Source: Vulcanimicrobiota bacterium (lineage in GTDB: Bacteria; Vulcanimicrobiota; Vulcanimicrobiia; Vulcanimicrobiales; Vulcanimicrobiaceae). Taken from it: a stretch of 64,000 nucleotides of DNA. The translations under genes were made by a program, and so were the position numbers. The notes under the pieces are model-generated. The model was not told where the DNA came from and did not search any database. It was given only the letters and a program-made list of their open reading frames with translations. Location: assembly GCA_963777315.1 (NCBI GenBank), contig CAVZQC010000004.1, positions 576,001 to 640,000 of the forward strand. Direction: 5' to 3'. Shown here piece by piece: positions 43,471-54,709 of the stretch (position 1 is the first letter of the stretch; each line of letters opens with the position of its first letter).

Positions 43471-43812
43471 TTACGGATGACGCGCTTGCGTGACAACCTC
43501 GTTCACAGCGGAAGGGACGACAGTGGGCCGGTCCAACTGGATGTAATGTTCTGAATGGTGGACGATGAAGTTCACGCCTACCGATGAAAGCCGCGCGATG
43601 CGATCGTGCCCCGCCGTCCAGGCACGTTCAATTGCCTTCATTTCGGCTGGCGGGAACGGAGACGGACCTGTGTCATTGGCTGCCGTAAACACAATCAGTG
43701 GCATCGCGCCCCTGCACGAGCGTTTCCGGCGCGTTGAAAGGTGAGCCGCGAACAGCCGTGGCTGCTTTCCGTATACTTTCCGACAGGTCGCGACGGATAA
43801 GGCTGAAAGCAT
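43471..43812 (-). pseudogene. Alpha/beta hydrolase C-terminal fragment
   Basis: PLIVFTA...SEHYIQLDRP, N-terminus missing. Confidence 0.55.
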
Positions 43813-43951
43813 CCCGTGACTTTAAGTCGAGCCCGATCGTCGCGGTAAGCCCGCCGATGATCCTTCCGGCGCCAATTTTTCCGGCCGATGTCGATTTCGT
43901 GCCGTTCCGTTCGACGGGTAGGTAGAAAACAACCAAACGAAGAGGAGACCC

Positions 43952-44332
43952 ATGCGATTCTTGGTCATGGTTAAACCGAATAAGGACGAAGTTCCCCGCT
44001 ATGAAGCCGGGAGCTTCCCGGAGAGCTTCAACGACGACTTAGCCAGAATGGGGGCGTTCAATTAAACGCTCATCCACGACGGCATGCTCCGGGAGATGGG
44101 CGGCTTGAAGCCGACCTCCGCGGGCGCCCGCATCGACTACTCAGGGGCAAAGCCGCAGATAACCGACGGGCCCTTCACGGAGACAAAGGCGTTGGTCGCC
44201 GGATTCTGGCTCCTTGAAGCCAGCTCGAAGGAAGTGCTCGTCGAACGCCTTTTGCGGTGCCCTTTCTCGTACGGCGAGTCGGTCGAAATTCGTCCGTTGT
44301 TTTCGGACGAAGACCTCGAGGCGTTCACCTAA
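43952..44332 (+). pseudogene. YciI family gene with an in-frame TAA at 44063
   Basis: GAGGAG RBS, MRFLVMVK...MGAFN*TLIHDG...TDGPFTETK...VEIRP. Confidence 0.75.
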
Positions 44333-44384
44333 GAGCATCGTTACAACTCAACATCCCGACGAAGAGCTTATAAAAAGAAATTAA

Positions 44385-45026
44385 ATGACTAAAGTAAAAG
44401 TTGCCGGGTTCGGTGTCTCGCTCGATGGCTTCGCTGCGGGAACCGCTCAGAGTTTAGATCATCCGCTTGGTTTGCGGGGCGACGAGGTCTTTCAGTGGTT
44501 TTTCCCAACGCGAACGTTTCGTCAGATGCAAGGAAAAGAGGGCGGTGAAACTGGCCTTGATGACCAGTTCGCCCGACGCGCAATGGAAGGTTTCGGTGCA
44601 TTCATCCTGGGTCGCAACATGTTCGGACCTGTTCGTGGGGAATGGCCGGACGATCGATGGAAAGGCTGGTGGGGCGACAATCCGCCCTATCATGCGCCAA
44701 CGTTCATATTGACACATTTTCCACGGCCGCCAATCGAGATGCTAGGCGGAACGACATTTTATTTTGTCTCCGGCGGCATTGAGGATGCGCTGCAAAAAGC
44801 GCGCGAAGCGGCAGGTGCAAAGGACATCAAGATTGGGGGCGGTGTCGACACCGTGAGGCAATACGTTCAGGCCGGCTACGTGGATGAAATTCACCTCGCT
44901 TTTGCTCCAATTGCGCTTGGCCAAGGCGAATCGCTCTTTAGGGGCTTGGATCTCCGCACTCTGGGATATCGGACAGTCGAGCATGTTCCGACGGACCGAG
45001 CCACGCACATTGTCCTCGCGAAGTAA
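44385..45026 (+). CDS. Dihydrofolate reductase/RibD C-terminal family protein
   Basis: SLDGF, LGRNMF, GGG and VDEIHL motifs. Confidence 0.88.
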   Translation: MTKVKVAGFGVSLDGFAAGTAQSLDHPLGLRGDEVFQWFFPTRTFRQMQGKEGGETGLDDQFARRAMEGFGAFILGRNMFGPVRGEWPDDRWKGWWGDNPPYHAPTFILTHFPRPPIEMLGGTTFYFVSGGIEDALQKAREAAGAKDIKIGGGVDTVRQYVQAGYVDEIHLAFAPIALGQGESLFRGLDLRTLGYRTVEHVPTDRATHIVLAK

Positions 45027-45409
45027 AGTTCGATGAGCCGATCCGAACCATTGCGCTGGCTACAACCGGCACGTGCCGCGGAGCCCGTTATCACGTTGTT
45101 GTCAACGGTCTGGCGCGCGAATATATTCGATTTGGAATACCCGCACGTTACCGGTAAAGCCCCGCATTCCATATGGCGCAACATTATCGCGTTTGATGGG
45201 ACGCTCGCGACGGTTCCAGGGGCTGCCTTCGGGGCGCCCCTTATCATTCGGGATCCTTCACGTCTCTCGGGTTTATATCATCCGGAAGCTTAAAAATCGA
45301 ACGGCTTTTCTCGTCCGGCACCTGAACGACGATTCCGTGGAGCGCACTCTCAATCGGCAGTAAGACTCTCGTATGTGATGCGCCGAGTGCTCAATCGATT
45401 GTGACGGTC

Positions 45410-45644
45410 ACAGAGCATCGGTTACGGCCACAAGCGTGTCCTCCGACACGCCGAGCGCCTCGCCGTTTTCAAACGCGGCGTACCACGCCACTCCAATGCC
45501 GGCAAGCGAGGCCACCTCTTCTCTGCGCAGTCCACGCCCGCCGCGCCGTCCCGTCGACGGTAGCCCGACGTCTGCCGGGGTAACTCGTTCACCTCATGCT
45601 TTTAAAAATCGGCGCAACTGGCCAAGGCGCTCTTGTTCCCTCAT
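45410..45644 (-). pseudogene. XRE/MmyB-type regulator pseudogene
   Basis: MREQERLGQLRRFLKA*GERVTPADVGLP...GLRREEVASLAGIGVAWYAAFENG...DAL*. Confidence 0.7.
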
Positions 45645-45713
45645 CCTTACAGTGCCAGTAGCACCGTTAAGGCGTATCTTCCTCGCTTCTCTGCTCTGGG
45701 CTAAGGTTAGGTC

Positions 45714-46112
45714 ATGACAATCAAACGCGCAGGTTCTCAGGCGTCCGCTGCGGGACCCGCTCAAACATTCACGGGTTCAGTCCGAATCGACCCCCTCATC
45801 GACGCTGCCGATCCGGCGCGCGTATGGGCCGGCTACGTCACCTTCGAGCCATGCGCCCGCACCGATTGGCACACTCATCCACTCGGGCAGACGCTCATTG
45901 TTACGGCCGGCTGCGGCCGGGTTCAACGATGGGCAGCACCGATCGAAGAGATTCGGCCCGGCGACGTTGTGTGGATCGAGCCTGAGGAAAAGCATTGGCA
46001 TGGTGCAGCGCCGACGACCGCAATGACGCATGTCGCGATCGTCGAGAAACTCGACGGCAAATCCGCTACGTGGCTCGAAAAAGTCACCGACGAACAATAT
46101 AGAGGAGCATAG
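45714..46112 (+). CDS. Cupin domain protein
   Basis: [10 protein letters not shown] and EKHWHGA motifs. Confidence 0.88.
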   Translation: MTIKRAGSQASAAGPAQTFTGSVRIDPLIDAADPARVWAGYVTFEPCARTDWHTHPLGQTLIVTAGCGRVQRWAAPIEEIRPGDVVWIEPEEKHWHGAAPTTAMTHVAIVEKLDGKSATWLEKVTDEQYRGA

Positions 46113-46120
46113 ACCGCAAA

Positions 46121-47735
<1,615 letters not shown>

Positions 47736-47738
47736 TAG

Positions 47739-47960
47739 CTACAGTAACTGACGTCACTCGTTGGCGGTCATTTCAAGAGTGCGAAGAATGCTTGCAAGCG
47801 TTCCACGCTTCACTGGATTGTGCAACGGTATCGAGACGTGCGCACCATCGCGAGTCATTTTGACATGCGAGCCGACCTGCGAATGCTTTGCCCAGCCGGC
47901 GCGCTCGAGTGCGCGAATGAGAGGCGGTCCCGGTTACCACGGGAAGATTACTACTGATCG
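47739..47960 (-). pseudogene. HicA toxin pseudogene
   Basis: LIRALERAGW...GSHVKM...IPLH...GTLASIL, with a 5' frameshift and a premature TGA. Confidence 0.7.
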
Positions 47961-47972
47961 CTCAGGTCCAGA

Positions 47973-48218
47973 TCAAGCTGCCGGTACTGGGACCGTAACG
48001 CGTTCAAGCCGGACATTTTCTGCATCGCTTGGCGGGACCGGTAAACCCTTATCAACCAGATATCCCAACTCGAGTTCTATGACCTCGCGCGCATTGCGCA
48101 GCGCGTCTTCGACATTGTCGCCCTGGGTGTGCGCCATTGGAAATGCAGGAATAATGACATTAAAGCCGCCGTCGTCTCGATCCGGTTCCAGCATCACGCG
48201 GTAGGATAGGCCGTCCAT
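47973..48218 (-). CDS. Short HicB family antitoxin
   Basis: YRVMLEPD..GGFNVIIP...TQGDNVEDALRNAREVI. Confidence 0.82.
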   Translation of the reverse strand: MDGLSYRVMLEPDRDDGGFNVIIPAFPMAHTQGDNVEDALRNAREVIELELGYLVDKGLPVPPSDAENVRLERVTVPVPAA

Positions 48219-48249
48219 GCGGCAAGGGTTCGCCGAGAAGTGTCTTCAT

Positions 48250-48475
48250 CCCCGGCGCTTGCGTAAGGCGCTGTACTTCCCAGCAATGTCGGCCATCCGA
48301 TATAACCCCATTCTGGAAGGCTCTCTACCAACGTTTGCTGGCTGCCGGCAAACCGAAGATGGCCGCTCTTGCCGCCGCAATGCGCAAGCCGCTTATTCTT
48401 GCTTACGGCGTTCTCAAAAGCAAAAGGCCCTTCGATCCGAACTACGCCGGATCCTGACCCAGCATCACGGTATCT
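48250..48475 (+). mobile_element. IS110-family transposase 3' fragment and right end
   Basis: RLRKALYFPAMSAIRYNP / YQRLLAAGKPKMAALAAAMRK...PFDPNY*, followed by ACGGTATCT. Confidence 0.75.
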
Positions 48476-48687
48476 CCGGCGCTAGCAATTTCCGACGAAT
48501 CAAGCTTGTGGGATTTAGACCAACACGATGCGTTGCAGCACGCGGTCAGCGTCATTCCAGAGTCCTTCGGAGCCGATATTTCCGTTACATTCAAAGATAG
48601 CAATCTGGTTGACCTGTTCGAGCGAATCCTGTCTCCCGCAAAGGTGGAGAACCGCCTTCATTCCGAAACTAAAGGCTCGAGTAGAAT

Positions 48688-49428
48688 ATGCCTAAAGCGT
48701 TGCCAGAGCTGAACCTCCGAAATCGCGAGCTCGAATGGGCGCGTCTCCGTTACTGGTTTGAGCGCAGACGTGAGGAATTCAAGGAACCACCGAAAGGTGA
48801 TCCTGATTCCCCGGCATACAAACGCGTCGCCCGCGTACCAGATAATCTCGAGGCGATGCGCGCACTAGATGCGGAACTTCTTCAGGCCGGCATTCCCGTA
48901 CCGTTCGCCGCTTTGCATGGTTGCAAGGTCCCTTATCCCGAGGCGATCCCGGTTCTGCTGAAGCATCTCGCTCTTCCGTACAACAGCGATATAAAGGATA
49001 GCATTCTAAGAACGCTCGCCGTCCCTTACGCGAGAGAGATCGCATTTCGCGAAATCCACCGCCTTCTTCTCTTGGAAACTGCCGAATGTGATACGCTGCT
49101 TTTCGCGTACGGAATTGCGCTTGAAGCTATTGCTGCGAAGAAACAAATACCGGAGCTTTTGTCAGTCGCAAGGGACCCTCGACTCGGACACGCGCGTTTT
49201 TTAGTGCTGAATCGTCTAGCAAAGTGGAGGGTTCCCGAGGCCGTCGACCTCGCCCGCACGTGCTTCAATGAGCCGCTTGGCGAGTGCAGGGCTATCCGAT
49301 GCCTCCGTTTACTGCGTAGTTGGAGCGATCGGGCTGAGGTTGAAAAGCGCTTGCATTCGACAAACGCCGACGTCCGCGCTGAGGCAAAGGCCTACTTAAA
49401 AGCGTTCGATAAGGCCTCTCTGCGGTAG
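48688..49428 (+). CDS. HEAT-repeat-like hypothetical protein
   Basis: Helical repeats such as AIPVLLKHL and NADVRAEAKAYL. Confidence 0.6.
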   Translation: MPKALPELNLRNRELEWARLRYWFERRREEFKEPPKGDPDSPAYKRVARVPDNLEAMRALDAELLQAGIPVPFAALHGCKVPYPEAIPVLLKHLALPYNSDIKDSILRTLAVPYAREIAFREIHRLLLLETAECDTLLFAYGIALEAIAAKKQIPELLSVARDPRLGHARFLVLNRLAKWRVPEAVDLARTCFNEPLGECRAIRCLRLLRSWSDRAEVEKRLHSTNADVRAEAKAYLKAFDKASLR

Positions 49429-49470
49429 GCCTTCAGCTCGTAAGGCATAACATGGCGACTCCGCGGTGGG

Positions 49471-49700
49471 ACAATCGCAAAACTTGAACGTGGTCACGAG
49501 CGCGACCTTAATGATGTACGGGCAACGGCGGATAGGAAACTCATCGAGCCTGGTCAGCTGACTTCCTTATTTCGACGAGATCGCACCATCGCTCTACAAG
49601 TTTCCCGCAATTGAGCGAACTGAGTTTCGGCAAGCCGTCGCCACTTTCATTGATGCGGACCGGCCACGGCATTCAATCGACGCGTCGTGCGACGGTTGAC
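49471..49700 (+). pseudogene. Nucleotidyltransferase-like (DUF6036-type) C-terminal fragment
   Basis: AKLERGHERDLNDV...(frameshift) LYKFPAI. Confidence 0.4.
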
Positions 49701-49992
49701 GGCACTGTCGCAACAAACGGGAGTAAATCGTTCAGAGCCTCGGCGAGGGCAGGGAATATCCCGAGGCCGCATAGGCTTCATTTACCGGTAAAGTGTCCGG
49801 TATACCGTACCCGAGAAAATGCATGCGGTGCTGCGCGAGCATGTGCATAGACGCGATGGGGACATGCGCGTTGACTCAAAGTAGACACGCGAATGGATGC
49901 ACGGTTGCAACTTACCAGTAAAGGCCCGGCTATTTCATCATATGCAAAAGCCCCCGAACCCCGAGTCGAACGCAAACTCCGCCGCTCGCTGT

Positions 49993-50230
49993 TTAAATTA
50001 CAATAACGAGCTCCGGGTACGGGAGCAAACCACGGTCGGCGGTGAGCAATCTTGCACCTTCGGTTACGGCCTGAGCGATCAACACCCGATCAAACGCTAA
50101 ATTCGCCTTTGAGGATGCCGGAGCGTGCGTTTTGACGTTCCGGCCGCAAGCGGACCGGTTCGCCGGCGGCGACGTCTTCGACGATTCTCGAAAGATGGTT
50201 TGTCGCTTCATGAATGTTGATGCTTTTCAT
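49993..50230 (-). pseudogene. Collapsed Phd/YefM-VapC toxin-antitoxin locus
   Basis: MKSINIHEATNHLSRIVEDVAAGE abuts a PIN tail FDRVLIAQAVTEGARLLTAD. Upstream palindrome AAACTA-N4-TAGTTT at 50233-50248. Confidence 0.7.
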
Positions 50231-50284
50231 GTAAACTAAGTCTAGTTTCCGCCCGTTCTCTGTCAACCGAACCGTGCAGGGCCC

Positions 50285-51250
50285 TCAGCTGAACGCTTTG
50301 AGGTATTTCAAAAGAGCGGCCCACGCGACGTTACGGCCATGCTCCGTTCCTTCCGGTGTCCCGCCGTACTGAAACGTATAAGACCGTCCCGCATAGGTGT
50401 AGGTTTGGCTGACCGGGCTCGGCCCTTCGCCTAAGAGCCGGTGACTAGCGTGATTGAAGACCAATAGGGTGACAGGGTAGCGGAATTTTGCCTCCCGCAA
50501 TTCCGCAGAAATCTTGCGGGCCATCATGCCGGACGGCCATACCGCGTCCGCGTTAGAGCCTACCAACAGAACTGGACCGCGGATACGCTCGACCGGAATC
50601 CCCGCGGCGGCTACTGCGGCGCGATTCTGCAAAGACGCGGTAAACAAGGTTTCACCCCTAGGAACGCCATGGACGAACGGCACGAAAGGCAGAGGGCGAT
50701 CGCGCCACGTCCACGCGCTGGGTCCTTTCGGGTCAACGCTGGTGACCGCGCCCCAAACAACAAAGGACGGCACGTACGCAATGACGCCTGCGACGTGTTG
50801 ATCGTACGCGCCGGTCAGGAGCGCCGCCTCACTCCCTCGAGAATCGCCCAAGACGACGACCCGGTTCGGATACACTTTGCCGGAGCTGCGAAGCCACTCC
50901 ACCGCCGAGGTGAAAGTTTCAATCGGCACATCGGCAAGCTTTCGTGGACCATCAACGCCGTCGTGGTAGTCGACACCGAGTACGGTATAGCCCAATGCCG
51001 CAAGTTTCGGGCCGGTGTCGTCGGCTTGGTAGAGGTGGCCCTCACTTCCACCGATGAGCACCACACCGATACGCTTGGAAGAACGGGTCGGAGCGTAGAG
51101 GCGGCCTCTGAAGCGGGGCTGTTTGACATCGACGCGCGTCACGAGCGAAACCGGTGCTGTCTGACCGACTACATGGGATGTCAGTAATAGACTCGCAACA
51201 AGACCTCCGGCCGTAAAGCGCAGAGAACGCTGAATTCCTTTAAAGATCAT
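50285..51250 (-). CDS. Secreted acyl-CoA thioesterase/BAAT-like alpha/beta hydrolase
   Basis: GGSEG, GDSRG, DAVWPS and ASH motifs. Confidence 0.82.
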   Translation of the reverse strand: MIFKGIQRSLRFTAGGLVASLLLTSHVVGQTAPVSLVTRVDVKQPRFRGRLYAPTRSSKRIGVVLIGGSEGHLYQADDTGPKLAALGYTVLGVDYHDGVDGPRKLADVPIETFTSAVEWLRSSGKVYPNRVVVLGDSRGSEAALLTGAYDQHVAGVIAYVPSFVVWGAVTSVDPKGPSAWTWRDRPLPFVPFVHGVPRGETLFTASLQNRAAVAAAGIPVERIRGPVLLVGSNADAVWPSGMMARKISAELREAKFRYPVTLLVFNHASHRLLGEGPSPVSQTYTYAGRSYTFQYGGTPEGTEHGRNVAWAALLKYLKAFS

Positions 51251-51318
51251 GCGCCACTGATTTCTATGTGATCTGGAGTGGGCTCCTACACCGGTTACGG
51301 CAATAAGGATAACGGATG

Positions 51319-51804
51319 CTACAGCAACGGCAGTATCTCAGGCGTGGACTGCCGAGCGGAATAACATTCTTCAAGGAAAGCGATTTGCGCGCGTTCCGAT
51401 AGCGGAAAGCCATAGCGGACTTGTTCGTCAATCGCCGACTGGAGATTCGAGCCTTGCGCAATACGAACTAAAATCGCGAACGTAGAAGCGCGCCCATGCC
51501 CGTTCTTGCAATGGACGTAAATCCCAGCATTGTCACGGTAATGCCGGCACAGCCACAGCCACTGGCGGGCCTGATCCATCGAGGGCGCGTGGTGGTCTTT
51601 CACGGGAATGTGCACCGGCTCGAGTTGCGGCGCGTACTTTGCCATTTGCTGCGACTCCTCATGCGTTCGAAGGTCAACGACGCAGCGAATGCCGCGCTCC
51701 AAAAGCCACTGGTAGCCGTCGGGGGTAGGCTGCCCGCCGCGAAACAGCCAGGGCTCTAGTTCGCCAAATGCCGGCAGGTCGTCTGGGGACGGTGCAGCCT
51801 TCAC
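51319..51804 (-). CDS. Dual-specificity/tyrosine phosphatase
   Basis: P-loop VHCKNGHGRA. Confidence 0.85.
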   Translation of the reverse strand: MKAAPSPDDLPAFGELEPWLFRGGQPTPDGYQWLLERGIRCVVDLRTHEESQQMAKYAPQLEPVHIPVKDHHAPSMDQARQWLWLCRHYRDNAGIYVHCKNGHGRASTFAILVRIAQGSNLQSAIDEQVRYGFPLSERAQIAFLEECYSARQSTPEILPLL

Positions 51805-51882
51805 CGCAAAAGCACCACAAATTCAGAGGGCCTCATATGTGCTCTTACGTTCCCGGTACGGCGTCACAAGGTGCAGTCGCGC

Positions 51883-52548
51883 CTATGGCACCGAAGGATG
51901 CGCGAAAGCGACGATCTCGTTGTTGTCGCGATGACTGGTCCAAAAACGAGCGCCGTCGAAAGTGAGCCCTCTGGCCGCAAACGGAATCGAGGCCAGCGCA
52001 GTAACGCTGGGAGTTTGCCCGCGCGCGTCAATTTTCGTCAGCTGAACGTTTTCGAATTCCTCGTCCGACGTCACCAGATAGAAGCAGCCCTGCACGATCG
52101 TCATGCCGATGGGTACCCGTTCGAGCGAAATCCTGCGACTCACCGCTCCTTCTGCGTCAAGGGCCACCACCGTGCGATAGTGCGCTTGTGACAAGAACAG
52201 CACGTCCCCGTCAAATGCGAGATGCGAGCCAGTGAATTCCGGACACTGAATGCGATCGCCCTTGAAGCCGTGACCGGGCACGAAGCGGTAGATGTAGCGG
52301 TCGTCATTTTCGCCCAGACCGATCACCACCCGCAATTCTTCTCCGAGCGCCGCCATGCCGAACGGCGTGCCCGGCGTCTCGCCCTCGTCGCGCGCCGCCC
52401 AAGAAGCCGGGTCTATTGCGTAGAGCCGGTGTACTTCTCGGCTGGCCATCCACAGTGTCGTGCCGGCGAACGCGAGGCCGAGCGGCTTGGGTGCCGGCGC
52501 CGGAAGCCGTAAGATTTCGGTAACATCGCTGAGCGTTTGCATACTCAT
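51883..52548 (-). CDS. Hypothetical beta-propeller protein
   Basis: Paralog of 41240-41905. Confidence 0.75.
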   Translation of the reverse strand: MSMQTLSDVTEILRLPAPAPKPLGLAFAGTTLWMASREVHRLYAIDPASWAARDEGETPGTPFGMAALGEELRVVIGLGENDDRYIYRFVPGHGFKGDRIQCPEFTGSHLAFDGDVLFLSQAHYRTVVALDAEGAVSRRISLERVPIGMTIVQGCFYLVTSDEEFENVQLTKIDARGQTPSVTALASIPFAARGLTFDGARFWTSHRDNNEIVAFAHPSVP

Positions 52549-52614
52549 ATCTCCCCCGATCCGCCAGAACCCCGCACATCCGCCTTTGGTTTTGGGCAGC
52601 ACGGCCGGCTCGCT

Positions 52615-53334
52615 TTAAGGGTGCTGCAGCGCGGCTTCAGGCACGGCCGCCGGAAACGTAACGCCGGTAAGCAGCAAAGTGCTCTGGAAGGCAACGTTTT
52701 TGCTGTGTGCGGACGGCAACCAGTGCGCGTCGATCTCGGAAACCCACCAGGTCGCAACCGGCCCGAATTGCCGGAACGAATAATCGATGGCGACATTCCA
52801 CCCTTGCAGCCGTTCCGCATAACTGAGCCTGAGCACATCGGCCGACGCTTCGTCGACCCACAGCTCGCGCAATGGATAGTACTGCGGATCGCCGATGGGA
52901 CGAAGCTTGAGCCGGTAAGCTTTCCGTCCGTCGATCGTGCTTTCGCCATCGAGCAAAACGTCATAGTGCAGCGCTTTCACCGAGGCAATCACGCCACGCG
53001 GGCTTCCAAACGGATCGACCTCGGTGCTCGTGGGGTATTCCGATGAAATGTTGAAGCCCAGAGGCGAGTACGCCGGCCCAACGCAATGGATGCCCATTGA
53101 TGTCTTGGGTACTGCGGAATCGGAATCCAGTTCTCGAGTAGCACACCAATGGTCGAACGTTCGAAGCACGACGTGCTCTCGGCCGGTGGTGATCGTTCCG
53201 TTCGCCTGCCGATGGCTGATGTCGACGTCGAACTCGATATATGGAGGAAGCCTACGAGCCTCCCAGGCCTTCTCGGCCCGCGCAAAGATCTGCACCGCAG
53301 TAAAGGCGGGACCCGGCGAGGCATGAGCGGTCAT
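52615..53334 (-). CDS. Hypothetical LolA-like protein
   Basis: IDGRKAYRLKLRP...YPLRELWVD. Confidence 0.6.
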   Translation of the reverse strand: MTAHASPGPAFTAVQIFARAEKAWEARRLPPYIEFDVDISHRQANGTITTGREHVVLRTFDHWCATRELDSDSAVPKTSMGIHCVGPAYSPLGFNISSEYPTSTEVDPFGSPRGVIASVKALHYDVLLDGESTIDGRKAYRLKLRPIGDPQYYPLRELWVDEASADVLRLSYAERLQGWNVAIDYSFRQFGPVATWWVSEIDAHWLPSAHSKNVAFQSTLLLTGVTFPAAVPEAALQHP

Positions 53335-54119
53335 TCTCCGGCGTTCTCGCGCGCAATCGGGCAGTAATCGTATCGATGGTCGTAGCAGTTTTTCACCAGC
53401 GCGTGCATGGCGGTGTCCGCCGACGCGACGTAGTCGGGAGCCGGGCCGGGGAGAGGCATGCTGTGCACTCCCCGCGCGAACGGATCGTTGTTCAACGGAA
53501 AATGGATGGGCCAGGGTACGACGCCCGTTTCAAACGTCCCGTCGGGGTACGTGACGGAATATCGCACGTAGTAGTACACCACGTCCCCGTCGGTCCAACG
53601 CCGCATCGGTGAAAGATACCCTTGACCCGATGAAGGCGTGGTCGCTATGCCGGACTGCGCGAAGCGATAATGTTTCGTTGGTTCCGGTACAACCGCTTCT
53701 CGAGCGCCCTGAACCGGATCCATTCCCGCTCGCGCTTGCGCTATCGTTTCTTGAAATTGGGTCTGCTCGCGCGCCAGCTCTTCGGAAGTGATTCGCGTGA
53801 TGCGCGCGGGCTCCACATGCCGATTGTTGGCTAGTTCGCGCTGCGGCAGATGCGCGGCCGCGACCCGGCGTCGTGCGGACGAATGTGTCGTCGGCGTCCG
53901 CATCACGCGTGGTGGTGGAGAGGGCTTGGGCGCCGGCGTTACGGTTACTGCAACTCTGCGCTCGATTTGGAGCCGGCTGATTGTGGTGATCGGCTGCTTA
54001 GCGGGTGCGCCCCAATGCAGTCTTCGCACCACCAGAGGGAATAGCACTGCAATAAGCACTATGTGAATGGCAAGGGAAAACCACAGACACTTGAGCAGTC
54101 TGCGGCGGTGCGCAAGCAT
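53331..54119 (-). CDS. Membrane-anchored Pro-rich hypothetical protein with a TonB-like N-terminus
   Basis: SLAIH TM motif and Pro-rich linker. Confidence 0.6.
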   Translation of the reverse strand: MLAHRRRLLKCLWFSLAIHIVLIAVLFPLVVRRLHWGAPAKQPITTISRLQIERRVAVTVTPAPKPSPPPRVMRTPTTHSSARRRVAAAHLPQRELANNRHVEPARITRITSEELAREQTQFQETIAQARAGMDPVQGAREAVVPEPTKHYRFAQSGIATTPSSGQGYLSPMRRWTDGDVVYYYVRYSVTYPDGTFETGVVPWPIHFPLNNDPFARGVHSMPLPGPAPDYVASADTAMHALVKNCYDHRYDYCPIARENAGE

Positions 54120-54175
54120 GTGCTGCAGTATGCGCTGCTAGCCTGAGGGCAGCCTTAGGCATGCTGTGAGTAGAT

Positions 54176-54592
54176 TCACTTGAGCTCGGTCAAGACGTAG
54201 CCGGCGACATCGTGGAGGTCGCGTTTGGACATTTGCCAGCGCGGCATAACCGGATCGAGCGGTTGGCCCTCGTTGTCGACGCCGGTCGATATGGCGCGTT
54301 CCAGAAGCGCGATCGTATACGGACGCTTCTGATCGTTCACGAGTGCCTTGTAACGCAGATCTGCACTTACGGCACCCCTGGGCAAATGCACGCCGCCGGC
54401 CCCGTTGGGCCGATGGCATGCCGCGCAACTGGAGTAGAGCGGACGACGGCGCGCGACGATCTGCGTTCCCCGTGAATCACGTCCCGTTTGAAATATCGAT
54501 CGTCCGTTTGCAAGTCCGGCGTTGGCAGCGGACGAACACCCGGCCAAAAGACACGCAGTCAGCAACAGGGCAACCCGCACGGTTTGGCTCAT
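54176..54592 (-). CDS. Cytochrome c lipoprotein
   Basis: Lipobox LAGC, heme motif CAACH, distal MP. Confidence 0.85.
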   Translation of the reverse strand: MSQTVRVALLLTACLLAGCSSAANAGLANGRSIFQTGRDSRGTQIVARRRPLYSSCAACHRPNGAGGVHLPRGAVSADLRYKALVNDQKRPYTIALLERAISTGVDNEGQPLDPVMPRWQMSKRDLHDVAGYVLTELK

Positions 54593-54709
54593 CGCGCAGC
54601 ACTTCGAGACCCGTGCCGGCCGGTCCCCGCGGGATAAACGAAAGGCCGCAGTACTTGCGTGCCGAACGCCGCGCCAAGCCGAGCATCGAACAGCCGTGGA
54701 GGATATGCC

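Noticed and set aside
45033..45363. Short ORFs between the DHFR-like gene and the regulator remnant
   Set aside because: No recognisable motifs or RBS
49701..49714. GGCACTGTCGCAAC, resembling an IS6/IS26 terminal repeat
   Set aside because: No partner repeat or transposase found, so it may be chance
50233..50248. Shared regulon with the 63676 operator
   Set aside because: The half-site spacing differs, and TA autoregulation explains the site more simply
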